A DNA stretch of 64,000 bases. It comes from Gemmatimonadales bacterium (GTDB lineage Bacteria; Gemmatimonadota; Gemmatimonadetes; Gemmatimonadales; GWC2-71-9). Where the stretch lies: assembly GCA_038321865.1 (NCBI GenBank), contig JBBQFH010000009.1, forward strand, positions 1 to 64,000, given 5' to 3'. The notes beneath the pieces were generated by a model. The model was not told the DNA's origin. It made no database searches and saw only the letters and a list, made by a program, of their open reading frames with translations. A program made the position numbers and the translations under genes. Shown one piece after another: positions 52,322 through 61,548 of this stretch (position 1 is its first letter; every line of letters starts with the position of its first letter).

Positions 52322-52352
52322 GGAGCGCCGCCGCAAGGCGGCGCTCCTGTTT
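52322..52352 (+). terminator. Intrinsic terminator
   Basis: 11-bp stem ggagcgccgcc, GCAA loop, ggcggcgctcc, followed by tgttt. Confidence 0.7.
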
Positions 52353-52468
52353 CATCCCGCACCGTGAGCGCCGGGCGTCGCAATTGACACCCCATGCCGA
52401 ATCTCCTACCCTGTCCCGCTGTTCCGCTCGATACATTCGCCGGCCTCCATCCAGCGCACGAGGATTGC

Positions 52469-53908
52469 ATGGATCTGTTCCGACGCAAGAGCGTCACCGC
52501 GCTCCAGTCCGAAGCCGAGAGCGACCACAGCCTGAAGCGGTCGCTGGGACCGCTGGCGCTGACGATGCTTGGCATCGGCGCCATCATCGGGACGGGCATC
52601 TTCGTGCTCACCGGCACCGTCGCCGCGCAGAACGCCGGGCCCGCGGTCGTCCTGTCCTTCGTGCTCGCGGGATTCGCCTCGATCTTCGCGGCGCTCTGCT
52701 ATTCCGAGTTCGCGGCGCTGGTGCCGATGGCCGGCAGCGCGTACACCTACGGCTACGCGACACTGGGCGAGTTCGTGGCCTGGATCATCGGCTGGGATCT
52801 GGTGCTGGAATATGCCCTGAGCGCCACGACCGTGGCCATCGGCTGGTCGGGGTACGTCGTATCGTTTCTCAAGGACATCGGCATCGTCATCCCGGCGCAC
52901 TTTGCCGCGGCGCGCGGCACCATGGTGACGCTCGCCGATGGATCACAGACCATGGCGCTGTTCAACGTCCCTGCGGTGCTCATCGTCGCGCTGGTGACCG
53001 GGCTGCTCGTCGTTGGAATCAAGGAGTCGGCCAACGTGAACAGCGTCATCGTGATCATCAAGGTGGCGGTGGTGATCCTGTTCATCGCGCTCGCGGCGCA
53101 GGCCATCAATCCGGCCAACTGGCACCCGTTCATTCCGCCCAACACCGGTGCTCGCGAGCATTTCGGCTACACCGGCATCGTCGCCGGGGCGGGCGTCGTC
53201 TTCTTCGCCTACATCGGGTTCGACGCGGTGAGCACCGCCGCGCAGGAGGCCAAGAACCCCCAGCGCGACATGCCGATCGGGATCATCACGTCGCTGGTCG
53301 TCTGCACGGTGCTCTACATCATCGTCGCGGGCATTGCGACGGGCGTCCTGCCGTACGCCCAGCTCGACGTGCCGGATCCGATCGCCAAGGTCGCGGACGC
53401 GGCGGGGCTCAAGTGGATCTCGTCGGTGATCAAGCTCGGCGCCATCGCCGGCCTGTCGTCCGTCATCCTGGTCCAGCTGATGGGCCAGTCCCGGGTGTTC
53501 TACAGCATGAGCAAGGACGGCCTGCTGCCGCCGTTCGTGAACCGGGTGCACCCGCGGTTCCGGACGCCGTACATCACGTCCATCGTGACCGGCATCGCCG
53601 TCTCGATTCCGGCCGGCTTCCTGACCGTCCGCGAGGCCGGCAGCCTGGTCTCCATCGGCACACTGCTCGCGTTCGCCATCGTGTCGATCGGCGTGCTCGT
53701 GCTGCGGGTCCGTGAGCCGGATCTGCACCGTCCCTTCCGCGCACCTGCCATCTGGCTGGTCGCCCCGCTCGGCGCCGGGTCGGCCTTCTACCTGATGTAC
53801 TATCTCCCGCTCCGAACCTGGGAGCGGCTCATCATCTGGCTGCTCATCGGCTTCGTCGTCTACTTCGCCTACGGTTACCGGCACTCCCGGCTCAATCGCG
53901 CGGCGTAG
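52469..53908 (+). CDS. APC/CAT-like amino-acid permease (paralog of the upstream gene)
   Basis: Same motifs as the upstream permease; GAGG RBS before ATG 52469. Confidence 0.93.
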   Translation: MDLFRRKSVTALQSEAESDHSLKRSLGPLALTMLGIGAIIGTGIFVLTGTVAAQNAGPAVVLSFVLAGFASIFAALCYSEFAALVPMAGSAYTYGYATLGEFVAWIIGWDLVLEYALSATTVAIGWSGYVVSFLKDIGIVIPAHFAAARGTMVTLADGSQTMALFNVPAVLIVALVTGLLVVGIKESANVNSVIVIIKVAVVILFIALAAQAINPANWHPFIPPNTGAREHFGYTGIVAGAGVVFFAYIGFDAVSTAAQEAKNPQRDMPIGIITSLVVCTVLYIIVAGIATGVLPYAQLDVPDPIAKVADAAGLKWISSVIKLGAIAGLSSVILVQLMGQSRVFYSMSKDGLLPPFVNRVHPRFRTPYITSIVTGIAVSIPAGFLTVREAGSLVSIGTLLAFAIVSIGVLVLRVREPDLHRPFRAPAIWLVAPLGAGSAFYLMYYLPLRTWERLIIWLLIGFVVYFAYGYRHSRLNRAA

Positions 53909-53934
53909 CAGCGGGGTTCCATTATCTTTCGCGC

Positions 53935-54960
53935 ATGTCACTGGACCTCTCCGCCGCCAAGATCGCCGCAGCCACCTCGCTGGCCGCGATCTTCCAGTCG
54001 GGACAGCGGGTCTGCCTCACGACCCACGTCAACCCCGACGGCGACGGCCTGGGCAGCGAGATCGGCCTGCTCCAGCTGCTGCGCGCCCGCGGGGTGGACG
54101 CGGTCATTACCAATCCGACCGCGACGCCGAGCCGCTTCGAGTTCCTCTTCGAGGGGATCCCGGGCTGTGACCGCAGCGGGCATGCGATCAAGGAGCTGCG
54201 GCGGGCGGATGTCATCGTGGTGCTGGACATCTCCGATATCGGCCGGCTCGGCATGCTGAGCGACACCGTCCGCGACACCCGTGTTCCGCTCGCCTGCATC
54301 GATCATCACGTGAGCGACAGCGTGCTTCCGCCCGGCCCCCGCTACATGGACCAGTCGGCTGCCGCCACGGGCGAGCTGGTCTACGAGATCGCCGTGGCGA
54401 ATGCCTGGCCGGTCACGCGCGACGTGGCGCAGGCACTGTACGTCGCCGTCCTCACGGATACCGGCGGGTTCCGGTTCAGCAACACCCGCCCCCGCACCCT
54501 CCGCGTCGCTGCCGACCTGCTCGAGACCGGGGTGGATCCCGAGCAGATCTACCTGGACGTCTACGCCCGGGCGCCTGAAGGGCGTCCGCGGCTTTTTGCC
54601 GAGGCGCTGCAGACTCTCGTGGTCGAGCCACAGCATGGGCTGGCGTGGGTCACCGTCCCGCCGGGCGCCATCGAGCGGCTCGGCGTGTCGTCCGATGACC
54701 TCGACGGCGTCGTCGAGTTCCCGCGGTCGATCGAAGGGGTGCGGATGGCGCTGCTGTTTCGCGAGGCATCGCAGGGGCGGATCAAGGTGTCGCTGCGCTC
54801 GGTCGGCAATGTGGACGTCGCCGGCTTTGCCAAGCGGTTCGGGGGCGGCGGCCACCGGAAGGCGGCGGGCCTGTCGGTGGTGGGCAGCATGGTGGACGTG
54901 CAGGGCAGGGTGCTCGAGGCCGCCCGGGAATACCTGAGCGACACCAACGGGCACCCGTGA
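53935..54960 (+). CDS. nrnA: DHH/DHHA1 oligoribonuclease / pAp phosphatase
   Basis: HVNPDGDGLGS, IDHH, TDTGGFRF and GGGGHRKAAG motifs. Confidence 0.88.
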   Translation: MSLDLSAAKIAAATSLAAIFQSGQRVCLTTHVNPDGDGLGSEIGLLQLLRARGVDAVITNPTATPSRFEFLFEGIPGCDRSGHAIKELRRADVIVVLDISDIGRLGMLSDTVRDTRVPLACIDHHVSDSVLPPGPRYMDQSAAATGELVYEIAVANAWPVTRDVAQALYVAVLTDTGGFRFSNTRPRTLRVAADLLETGVDPEQIYLDVYARAPEGRPRLFAEALQTLVVEPQHGLAWVTVPPGAIERLGVSSDDLDGVVEFPRSIEGVRMALLFREASQGRIKVSLRSVGNVDVAGFAKRFGGGGHRKAAGLSVVGSMVDVQGRVLEAAREYLSDTNGHP

Positions 54961-54987
54961 GTGGACTCCCCGCCTTATATTCGCGGC

Positions 54988-55218
54988 ATGGACATCTTCG
55001 CACGCATCGAGCGCTCGCTGGACACCCTTCGTCCGTATATCGCCTCCCACAAGGGACACGTCGAGGTCGTTGACTTCGACGAGAGCGACGGCATGCTGCT
55101 GCTTCGCCTCGGCGGGACCTGCCACGGCTGCGCCGCGTCGACCATCACGCTGAAACAGGGAATCGAGACGCGGCTGCGGGAGATGGTGCCCGAGGTCAAG
55201 CACGTCGAGGCCGTGTGA
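54988..55218 (+). CDS. NifU C-terminal (Nfu) Fe-S carrier
   Basis: LRPYIASHKG, GTCHGC and TLKQGIE motifs. Confidence 0.9.
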   Translation: MDIFARIERSLDTLRPYIASHKGHVEVVDFDESDGMLLLRLGGTCHGCAASTITLKQGIETRLREMVPEVKHVEAV

Positions 55219-56315
55219 TGGCTGAGACCCTCGAAGCCCGCGTCATCAGCGCGCTCGCCGGCATCCGCAATCCCCGGCTGGAAAACGACCTGATCTCATC
55301 CGGCATGGTCCGTGAGCTCGAGGTCCGCCCCGACGGTCGGGTCAGCTTCACCTTCCTGCTCGCCTCCGATGACCCCGCGACGCTGGTTCGCGCCGCCCGG
55401 AGCGCCGTCCGCGCGGTGGACGGCGTCGGCGAGGTGAAGATCAACGTCTCCAATCCCGGCGGCCCCGCGACACCGACGCATGGTCCGCCCACGTCCGAGG
55501 GAATGACGCCCGCGCCCTCGCCGATGGAGCAGCCCCACCTCGGCCGTATTCTGGCCGTGTCATCGGGGAAGGGCGGCGTTGGCAAGTCCACCGTTGCGGC
55601 CAATCTGGCGGTGGCGCTGGCGGAGGCGGGCTATCGGGTCGGCGTGATGGACGCGGATGTCTACGGCCCCAACATGCCGCGCATGTTCGGCATTTTCGAG
55701 AAGCCGCCGGTGGCCGGCGGGAAGATGCAGCCGCTCGAAGCCTTCGGCGTGAAGCTGATGTCCCTCGGCTTCCTCATCGATCGTGACGCGCCTGCCATCT
55801 GGCGCGGCCCGATCATCATGAAGATCATCCAGCAGTTCCTGCGGGACGTGAACTGGGGCGAGCTCGACTACTTCATCGTGGACATGCCCCCCGGCACCGG
55901 CGATGCCCAGCTCTCGCTGGTGCAGTCAGTCCACGTGGCGGCGGCACTCATCGTCACGACGCCGCAGGAAGTGGCGGTGGGTGACGCGCTCCGTGGCGCG
56001 CGCATGTTCGAGCGTGTCGGCGTGCCCGTCATCGGCATTGTCGAGAACATGAGCGGATTCACCGATCCGGAGAGCGGGCGCCACTGGGAGCTCTTCTCGT
56101 CCGGTGGCGGGCTCCGCCTGGCCGAAGAGCTCGGCGTGCCGCTGCTGGGGAAGGTGCCGCTCCAGCCCGGTCTCGCCGAGCTCGCCGACGGTGGAAAGCC
56201 CGTCGTGCTGGGCGCACCGTCGAGCCCGGCGGCCGCGGTGCTGCGCGAGATCGCCGACCGGGTTCGCGAACATATGGGCGGCCGGTCAATCGCCCTGCCG
56301 ATACTCCGGAGCTGA
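55218..56315 (+). CDS. mrp: Mrp/NBP35 (ApbC) family ATPase
   Basis: SGKGGVGKST, DADVYGP, WRGP, DMPPGTGD, TTPQ and VENMS motifs. Confidence 0.93.
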   Translation: MAETLEARVISALAGIRNPRLENDLISSGMVRELEVRPDGRVSFTFLLASDDPATLVRAARSAVRAVDGVGEVKINVSNPGGPATPTHGPPTSEGMTPAPSPMEQPHLGRILAVSSGKGGVGKSTVAANLAVALAEAGYRVGVMDADVYGPNMPRMFGIFEKPPVAGGKMQPLEAFGVKLMSLGFLIDRDAPAIWRGPIIMKIIQQFLRDVNWGELDYFIVDMPPGTGDAQLSLVQSVHVAAALIVTTPQEVAVGDALRGARMFERVGVPVIGIVENMSGFTDPESGRHWELFSSGGGLRLAEELGVPLLGKVPLQPGLAELADGGKPVVLGAPSSPAAAVLREIADRVREHMGGRSIALPILRS

Positions 56316-56340
56316 CCGTCCGCCCGCGCACGGCGCGCTC

Positions 56341-57099
56341 ATGAGCGCGCTGATCACGCTGCTCACCGATTTTTCCAACGCCGATTCCTACGTCGCGGAG
56401 ATGAAGGGCGTGCTGCTGAGTGCGCTCCCCGCGGCGACACTGGTGGATGTGACGCATCTGATTCCGCCGGGCGATGTGCGGAGCGCCGCTCACGTACTTG
56501 CCCGGGTCTGGCGCCGTTTCCCGGCGGGCACCGTGCATCTCGCCATCGTGGACCCGGGCGTCGGCACCGCACGGGCGGCGCTGGCGGTGTCCACCCGCGG
56601 CCACTACTTCGTCGGCCCCGACAACGGCGTGCTCACGCCCATCCTAAAGGACGAGGTCGACATCGTGGCGCTGCCGACGCCGGCCGACGCCGCGCCGACG
56701 TTCCACGGCCGGGACCTGTTCGCGCCCGCCGCGGCCGCGATCGCGTCGGGTCGGCCCATGCGCTCGCTGGGTCCCCGCTTCACCGGCTTGCCCGTTCGCC
56801 TCACGTACACGGAGCCACATTACGAGGGTAAGAGCGTCGTCGGTGAGGTCGTATACGTCGACCGGTTCGGGACGCTGGTGACCAACCTGACGCCGGAGCT
56901 GGTGCCGCCGTATGCGCGGCTCGAGATCGAGGGCGTCGACGCCGGACCGCTCCGCCGCACGTTCGGGGACGTGCCGACGGGCGGCCTGGTGGCCTATCTC
57001 GGTTCCAACGGCGACGTGGAGGTGGCGGTGCGCGACGGCTCCGCGGCGCGGCGGCTGGGAATCGGCGTCGGCGGAAGGGTGCGCGCCCGGCTGGGCTGA
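56341..57099 (+). CDS. SAM hydrolase/halogenase family protein (DUF62)
   Basis: ITLLTDF, VDPGVGT, GPDNG, TFHGRDLFAP and YVDRFG motifs. Confidence 0.92.
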   Translation: MSALITLLTDFSNADSYVAEMKGVLLSALPAATLVDVTHLIPPGDVRSAAHVLARVWRRFPAGTVHLAIVDPGVGTARAALAVSTRGHYFVGPDNGVLTPILKDEVDIVALPTPADAAPTFHGRDLFAPAAAAIASGRPMRSLGPRFTGLPVRLTYTEPHYEGKSVVGEVVYVDRFGTLVTNLTPELVPPYARLEIEGVDAGPLRRTFGDVPTGGLVAYLGSNGDVEVAVRDGSAARRLGIGVGGRVRARLG

Positions 57100-57124
57100 G
57101 GGTTCACTCGACTCGGAGGCGGCG

Positions 57125-57967
57125 ATGCGTCCCCTGCTCGTGGCGCACCTGGTCGGCGCGGGGTGGGGCAGGCTGGCGCCGCTGGTGCCGACGGACGGCG
57201 CGGTCTACGCGATCCTGTTCATCGCGATCACGCTGCTCTTCCTCAAGCGGTGCGGCGATGTCGGACTGCAGGCGGAGGAGTCCCTCGGTGGGGCGGTCAG
57301 CGGCGCAGGCGGCGCAATCGCCGGCAGCCGGCTGTTCTTCCTGATCACCACCGGCGCGCTGGTCCGCACCTCTCCGGCGCAGTGGGTCAATCTCGGCGGC
57401 GGCACGGCGTCGTGGGGCGCATACCTCGGTGGCATTGCGGGTCTCGCGACGTTCTGCCGGTTCTCGTCGGCGTCGTTCTGGGTCATGGCCGACGTCGGAG
57501 CCTCCTGCGCCGGGCTGAGCGAGGTCATCGGACGCTGGGCATGCCTCCTTGCCGGCGATGATTTCGGCCGGGTCAGCACGCTGCCGTGGGCCATCCACTT
57601 CCCGCCCGGCAGCTTCGCGTACCGCGCGCATGCGGCGCGAGGGCTGCTGGAGGCCGGCGCCACGCAGTCGCTCGCCGTGCATCCGCTGCAGATCTATCTC
57701 ATGCTGAATGCCGCCGTCGTGTTCGCGCTGACGACGCTCGCGTGGCGCCGCTGGCGGAACGCACCCGGCCGCACGCTCGCCACCTTTCTGCTGCTGCACG
57801 GCGCGACGCGATTCTGCTGGGAATTTCTCCGTGATCCTGATGCCGGCGGCGCGCGCGGCCTGCTGTCAGTGTCGCAGTGGACCTGTCTGGGAATGGTGGC
57901 GGCGGGAGTCCTGCTGGCGATACGCCTGCGCGGAATGCGGAGCGAAGTGCCGGCCGCCGCATCGTGA
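57125..57967 (+). CDS. Divergent prolipoprotein diacylglyceryl transferase (Lgt-like)
   Basis: GSRL, IGRWACLLAGDDFG, LPWAIHFP, HPLQIY, RFCWEFLR and SQW motifs. Confidence 0.8.
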   Translation: MRPLLVAHLVGAGWGRLAPLVPTDGAVYAILFIAITLLFLKRCGDVGLQAEESLGGAVSGAGGAIAGSRLFFLITTGALVRTSPAQWVNLGGGTASWGAYLGGIAGLATFCRFSSASFWVMADVGASCAGLSEVIGRWACLLAGDDFGRVSTLPWAIHFPPGSFAYRAHAARGLLEAGATQSLAVHPLQIYLMLNAAVVFALTTLAWRRWRNAPGRTLATFLLLHGATRFCWEFLRDPDAGGARGLLSVSQWTCLGMVAAGVLLAIRLRGMRSEVPAAAS

Positions 57968-57987
57968 TGCGGCGGCCTCCCCGCCAA

Positions 57988-58101
57988 TCAGTTCGGTGCC
58001 GAGTACGATTTGCAGGCGGCGAGGGTCACCAGGCCACTGAAGACCATCAGCACCAGCACCAGCAGGCGCGCGCGCAGGCTCTGCGGAACGAAGGAACGCA
58101 T
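57988..58101 (-). CDS. 37-aa micro-lipoprotein MRSFVPQSLRARLLVLVLMVFSGLVTLAAC-KSYSAPN
   Basis: AGGAGG RBS 5 nt before ATG; basic N-region, hydrophobic H-region, LAAC lipobox; sits cleanly in an intergenic gap; below the ORF-track length cutoff. Confidence 0.75.
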   Translation of the reverse strand: MRSFVPQSLRARLLVLVLMVFSGLVTLAACKSYSAPN

Positions 58102-58224
58102 CCTGTCCTCCTGAGTGAATCGGCGTCGCCCGGTACCGGGATGGCACCGGATCGGCCGGAAAACCTACGGGTGAGACCTGCCGCCAACATGCAGCCCGGC
58201 CTGCGGCGGGGCAAGGCCGCCCGG

Positions 58225-58836
58225 TCAGGGAGGCGCGGCGGCGAAACCGCCGCGGAGCCGCAGCAGCGCTCGGCGGAAGAACCCGAACAGCTTCCAGATG
58301 ATGAACGTCGCCAGCACGACCAGCACGATCACGATCGCGCCGGTTAGCACCGGATGCGTCGAAGCCAGCCAGCTCAGGCCGATAACGATCGCATCCTCGC
58401 CGAGGCTCAACGCCCAGTTGCTGAACGGCTCGGGACTGGTGTTCGCCGCCGCACGCATGGACGCCTTCGCGCCGTGGGACGAGAGTGCCACGCCCCCCGC
58501 CAGCAACGCCGCCGCCAGCTTCCATGTCTCGGGCACCGCACCGAACGCGCTGTAGCCGATGAGTGCGGCCGCGGGCGGCCGGATGAAGGTGTGCACGGCG
58601 TCCCAGGCGCTGTCCACGACCGGAATCTTGTCGGCGACGAATTCAATCACGAACATCACCGCCGCGATGCCGATGATGAGCGGATTGGCCAGAATCTGGA
58701 GTGACGCGGGCAGCTGGACGACCCCGAAGCGCTGGAACAGCCCGGCGGCGGCCACCGTGGCGTAGAGATTCAAACCCGAGGCGAACGACGTACCGAGGGT
58801 GAAGCCGAGCGTCTGGAGCGGGCTCAGTTCACCCAC
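58225..58836 (-). CDS. DUF4126 membrane protein
   Basis: ASGLNLY, EFVADKIPVVDSAWDAVHTFIRP and PEPFSNWALSLGED motifs. Confidence 0.88.
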   Translation of the reverse strand: MGELSPLQTLGFTLGTSFASGLNLYATVAAAGLFQRFGVVQLPASLQILANPLIIGIAAVMFVIEFVADKIPVVDSAWDAVHTFIRPPAAALIGYSAFGAVPETWKLAAALLAGGVALSSHGAKASMRAAANTSPEPFSNWALSLGEDAIVIGLSWLASTHPVLTGAIVIVLVVLATFIIWKLFGFFRRALLRLRGGFAAAPP

Positions 58837-59660
58837 TCGACGTCGACGCCGCCGAAGGCGGTCGCGAGGGCGAGATCGATGTGACGGGATGCGCGGGCAT
58901 AACCCGGAGAAAGATACACCTTCCCCTGCCGTGTCCAGCCTCCGCTGGAAAAACTGGACAGGAATCGGTCTACCGTCAGGCGGACGCCGAGGCCGCGCGG
59001 AATACGGAGGGTGAGCGCGCCGATCGCCAGGTGAACATCCAGCCTCGCGTCTGCCGGCCACGCTCCGGTCAGGTCGAGCAGCGTCGTACCCACGCCGCCG
59101 TCGAACCGCACCAGCTGACATCGGGCATTGCCGAGCGCGAGCAGCGAAATGTCCGCCGCCCCCGCGCTCAGGTCGGCGCGCTCGCAGCGGGACGAGTTGG
59201 GTCGGGAAAAACGGACGGTCGTCCGGCTCGCGCCGGTGGAAAGGCGCAGCCGGGTGAGCTGGAGCCCGCCGAGCTCGATATCGCCGTCGCCCGCTCCCAG
59301 CTCCAGCGCGAGGCTGAGCGCCACCCGGGACGAGAGCGCGAGAAATCCGCTCTGCTCGACTCGGCGGCGCGAGGACACGCGGAACCCGGTCCCGACGCTC
59401 TCAAGTCCGAGCCGCGCGACACCTGCCGCGGCGTCGAACGCGCTCACTGGAGCGAAGCGGTCGGAATCGTAGGTCACATGCATCCGATACAGGTCGCCGG
59501 CGGCCGACGGCACGATACGGAGACTGCCCGCCTCGTAGGCCACCCGCGCCTCCAGCCGGCTTTCACCGTGGAGTTGCCGTGACGTGGTAAAGTCCCGTGT
59601 CGTCTGCGCCGCCGCGGTCACCGGCGCGAAAAGCGCGAACGCGAGCGCCAGACGGCTCAC
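58824..59660 (-). CDS. Secreted LiaF/toast-rack-like beta-solenoid protein
   Basis: Signal peptide; repeated GAG/GVG plus LDL strands; GTGA overlap with upstream gene. Confidence 0.65.
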   Translation of the reverse strand: MSRLALAFALFAPVTAAAQTTRDFTTSRQLHGESRLEARVAYEAGSLRIVPSAAGDLYRMHVTYDSDRFAPVSAFDAAAGVARLGLESVGTGFRVSSRRRVEQSGFLALSSRVALSLALELGAGDGDIELGGLQLTRLRLSTGASRTTVRFSRPNSSRCERADLSAGAADISLLALGNARCQLVRFDGGVGTTLLDLTGAWPADARLDVHLAIGALTLRIPRGLGVRLTVDRFLSSFSSGGWTRQGKVYLSPGYARASRHIDLALATAFGGVDVEWVN

Positions 59661-60940
59661 GGCCCGCCGATCGGGCTGCGGGCCCCGCCCGGGCGTCGCA
59701 CCGCCGGCACACCGAATTGCGGCGTGGCCCACAGGTATTCGTCGGTGAGGGCCTCCGGCGGGATGATCCGTCCAGCGAAGTTTTCCCGGAGGCCCGCCCG
59801 GCTCAGCAGTGCCGCGCCGAATCCCGCGGTGCCGAGGAGCCAGGTGACGAGGATGGCGGCGCCGCGGATCAGGTCCCCGGCGACGGGCACCCACCCGAAC
59901 AGCGCCCACGCCGCCCAGAGCGCGAGCGTGGCGACCAGACCGGTCGTCAGGAAGCGATAGCTGCTGGGCGCGCCCATCGTCACGCCCCGCGCCATGCGAC
60001 GGCGGACGTAGGTCTCACCCATCGCGTGCGCCACCGCGAGATAGCCGCCCACGATGGCGATCACGGCAAGCAGGACGTAGGCGACGACGGCAAAAGGCAG
60101 CAGCAGAATCCCCGCCACGCTCAGGACCAGCCCGACCACCACCATGCCGAACGTCGGCAGCAGCAGCACCTGCCCGAGCAGTCCCGTCACGAAGGCGCGC
60201 CCGAAGGAGTGCGAGACCGTGTCCGACACGATCTCGAGATTGTGATGCCCGAACGTCGCGAGCCCCAGCCCGAGGAACGCCAGCGTCATGGCCACGCCGG
60301 CGAGACCGGCCAGCCGCCGAACGGTCAGCGCCAAAGCCGACACCGGCGCGCCGGCCGCTGCCGCGGGCACCGCCGCGCTCAGCGTCCGGATCTCACCGTC
60401 CACCACGCCCCCGTCAACCACCCGGGCGACACCGTGCACGACCAGCACGTCGCCGGCGATGACCGCGCCGGGGTGCACGGTCACATTGCCGTCGAGCGCC
60501 ACCAGATTGCCCTGCACGCGCCCGTAGATGTCGGCATCGCCGCGCACCACGAGCAGATGCCCCCGGACCGTCTGGTCGGAGCCCACGCTGTAGTTGCCAA
60601 GGCGCGCCTGTCCGTTGGGGACCGTGACGCGGATCTGGGATTCGGCCAGACGATTCAGCGGGGCGAAACGGGACTCGATCGCGGCGGGCCGGCTGAGATC
60701 GCTCAAATCGATGGTGAGGTCGGAGGGACCGGCCGGCGGCATCGGCTGTGGATGCGCCGCGGGGGCCTGGCCCGGGCGCGGTCCGTCCTGCGCCTCGTGA
60801 TCACCTCGCAGCTGCTGGATGATTCCCCAGATGTCCCGCGCCGCGGTCAGCGCCGCCGTGCCGCGGTCGGCGGCGGCAGCGGGGCGGGAGATCGCGAGCA
60901 GCAGCGCGAGTGTCGCGAACGCCCGGTTACGCGCGCGCAT
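59657..60940 (-). CDS. Membrane protein with bactofilin-like beta-helix repeats
   Basis: VRGHLLVVRGDADIYGRVQGNLVALDGNV repeats followed by several TM helices. Confidence 0.7.
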   Translation of the reverse strand: MRARNRAFATLALLLAISRPAAAADRGTAALTAARDIWGIIQQLRGDHEAQDGPRPGQAPAAHPQPMPPAGPSDLTIDLSDLSRPAAIESRFAPLNRLAESQIRVTVPNGQARLGNYSVGSDQTVRGHLLVVRGDADIYGRVQGNLVALDGNVTVHPGAVIAGDVLVVHGVARVVDGGVVDGEIRTLSAAVPAAAAGAPVSALALTVRRLAGLAGVAMTLAFLGLGLATFGHHNLEIVSDTVSHSFGRAFVTGLLGQVLLLPTFGMVVVGLVLSVAGILLLPFAVVAYVLLAVIAIVGGYLAVAHAMGETYVRRRMARGVTMGAPSSYRFLTTGLVATLALWAAWALFGWVPVAGDLIRGAAILVTWLLGTAGFGAALLSRAGLRENFAGRIIPPEALTDEYLWATPQFGVPAVRRPGGARSPIGGP

Positions 60941-61535
60941 GGGAGACCGGCCCGCTCGGCACCGCCATCAGCTTCCGCAGGGCGAAGAGCCCGCTCACGT
61001 AGGCCAGCGACAACAGCGCCGAGATCGCCGCGAGCCGAGCTGGTGAGCCGAGGGCTTCCCGCAGGCCGGCATACCACGGCTGCTGAATGATGCCGGAGAC
61101 CAGCGCCCGCATGCCGCCCCAGGCCCACGCGGCCGCCGTGCCCGAGATCCAGGTCCCGGCGGCCGCGATCGCCTGTGGATGCGACAGGCTCCACCCGACG
61201 CTCGCTGCCATCGAGCCCAGCACGACCACCGCGATCATGGCGGCGGCGGCGATCGCCTTCCGCGTGCCGAAGAGCCGCCGGCGCGCGCTCTGCATGGACC
61301 GGAGGGCGAACGGATCCGGGACGGCGACCGACGCCATGACGCGGTCGGCAAATCCGGCGGACGGGCTGAACGCGGTGAGCGCGGCAAGATGGCGGGCGAG
61401 GATTCGTTCGGTCCGGGCGGTATCACGACACTCGTCGCAGGCATCGAGGTGCGCCTGCTCCGATTGGCCGAGGTGTCCGGCCAGCCAGGCATCGAGGTCG
61501 TCGAGCGACAGATGCGCGTCGGGGCGTCGGTTCAT
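60927..61535 (-). CDS. Zinc-binding (ZAS / zf-HC2) membrane anti-sigma factor
   Basis: HL...HLDACDEC motif plus TM segments; directly downstream of an ECF sigma factor. Confidence 0.85.
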   Translation of the reverse strand: MNRRPDAHLSLDDLDAWLAGHLGQSEQAHLDACDECRDTARTERILARHLAALTAFSPSAGFADRVMASVAVPDPFALRSMQSARRRLFGTRKAIAAAAMIAVVVLGSMAASVGWSLSHPQAIAAAGTWISGTAAAWAWGGMRALVSGIIQQPWYAGLREALGSPARLAAISALLSLAYVSGLFALRKLMAVPSGPVSHARA

Positions 61536-61548
61536 GAGTGAGCCCTCC

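Noticed and set aside
56341..57099. SAM-dependent fluorinase/chlorinase in a natural-product cluster
   Set aside because: Housekeeping context and the HGRD motif fit the common DUF62 SAM hydrolase.
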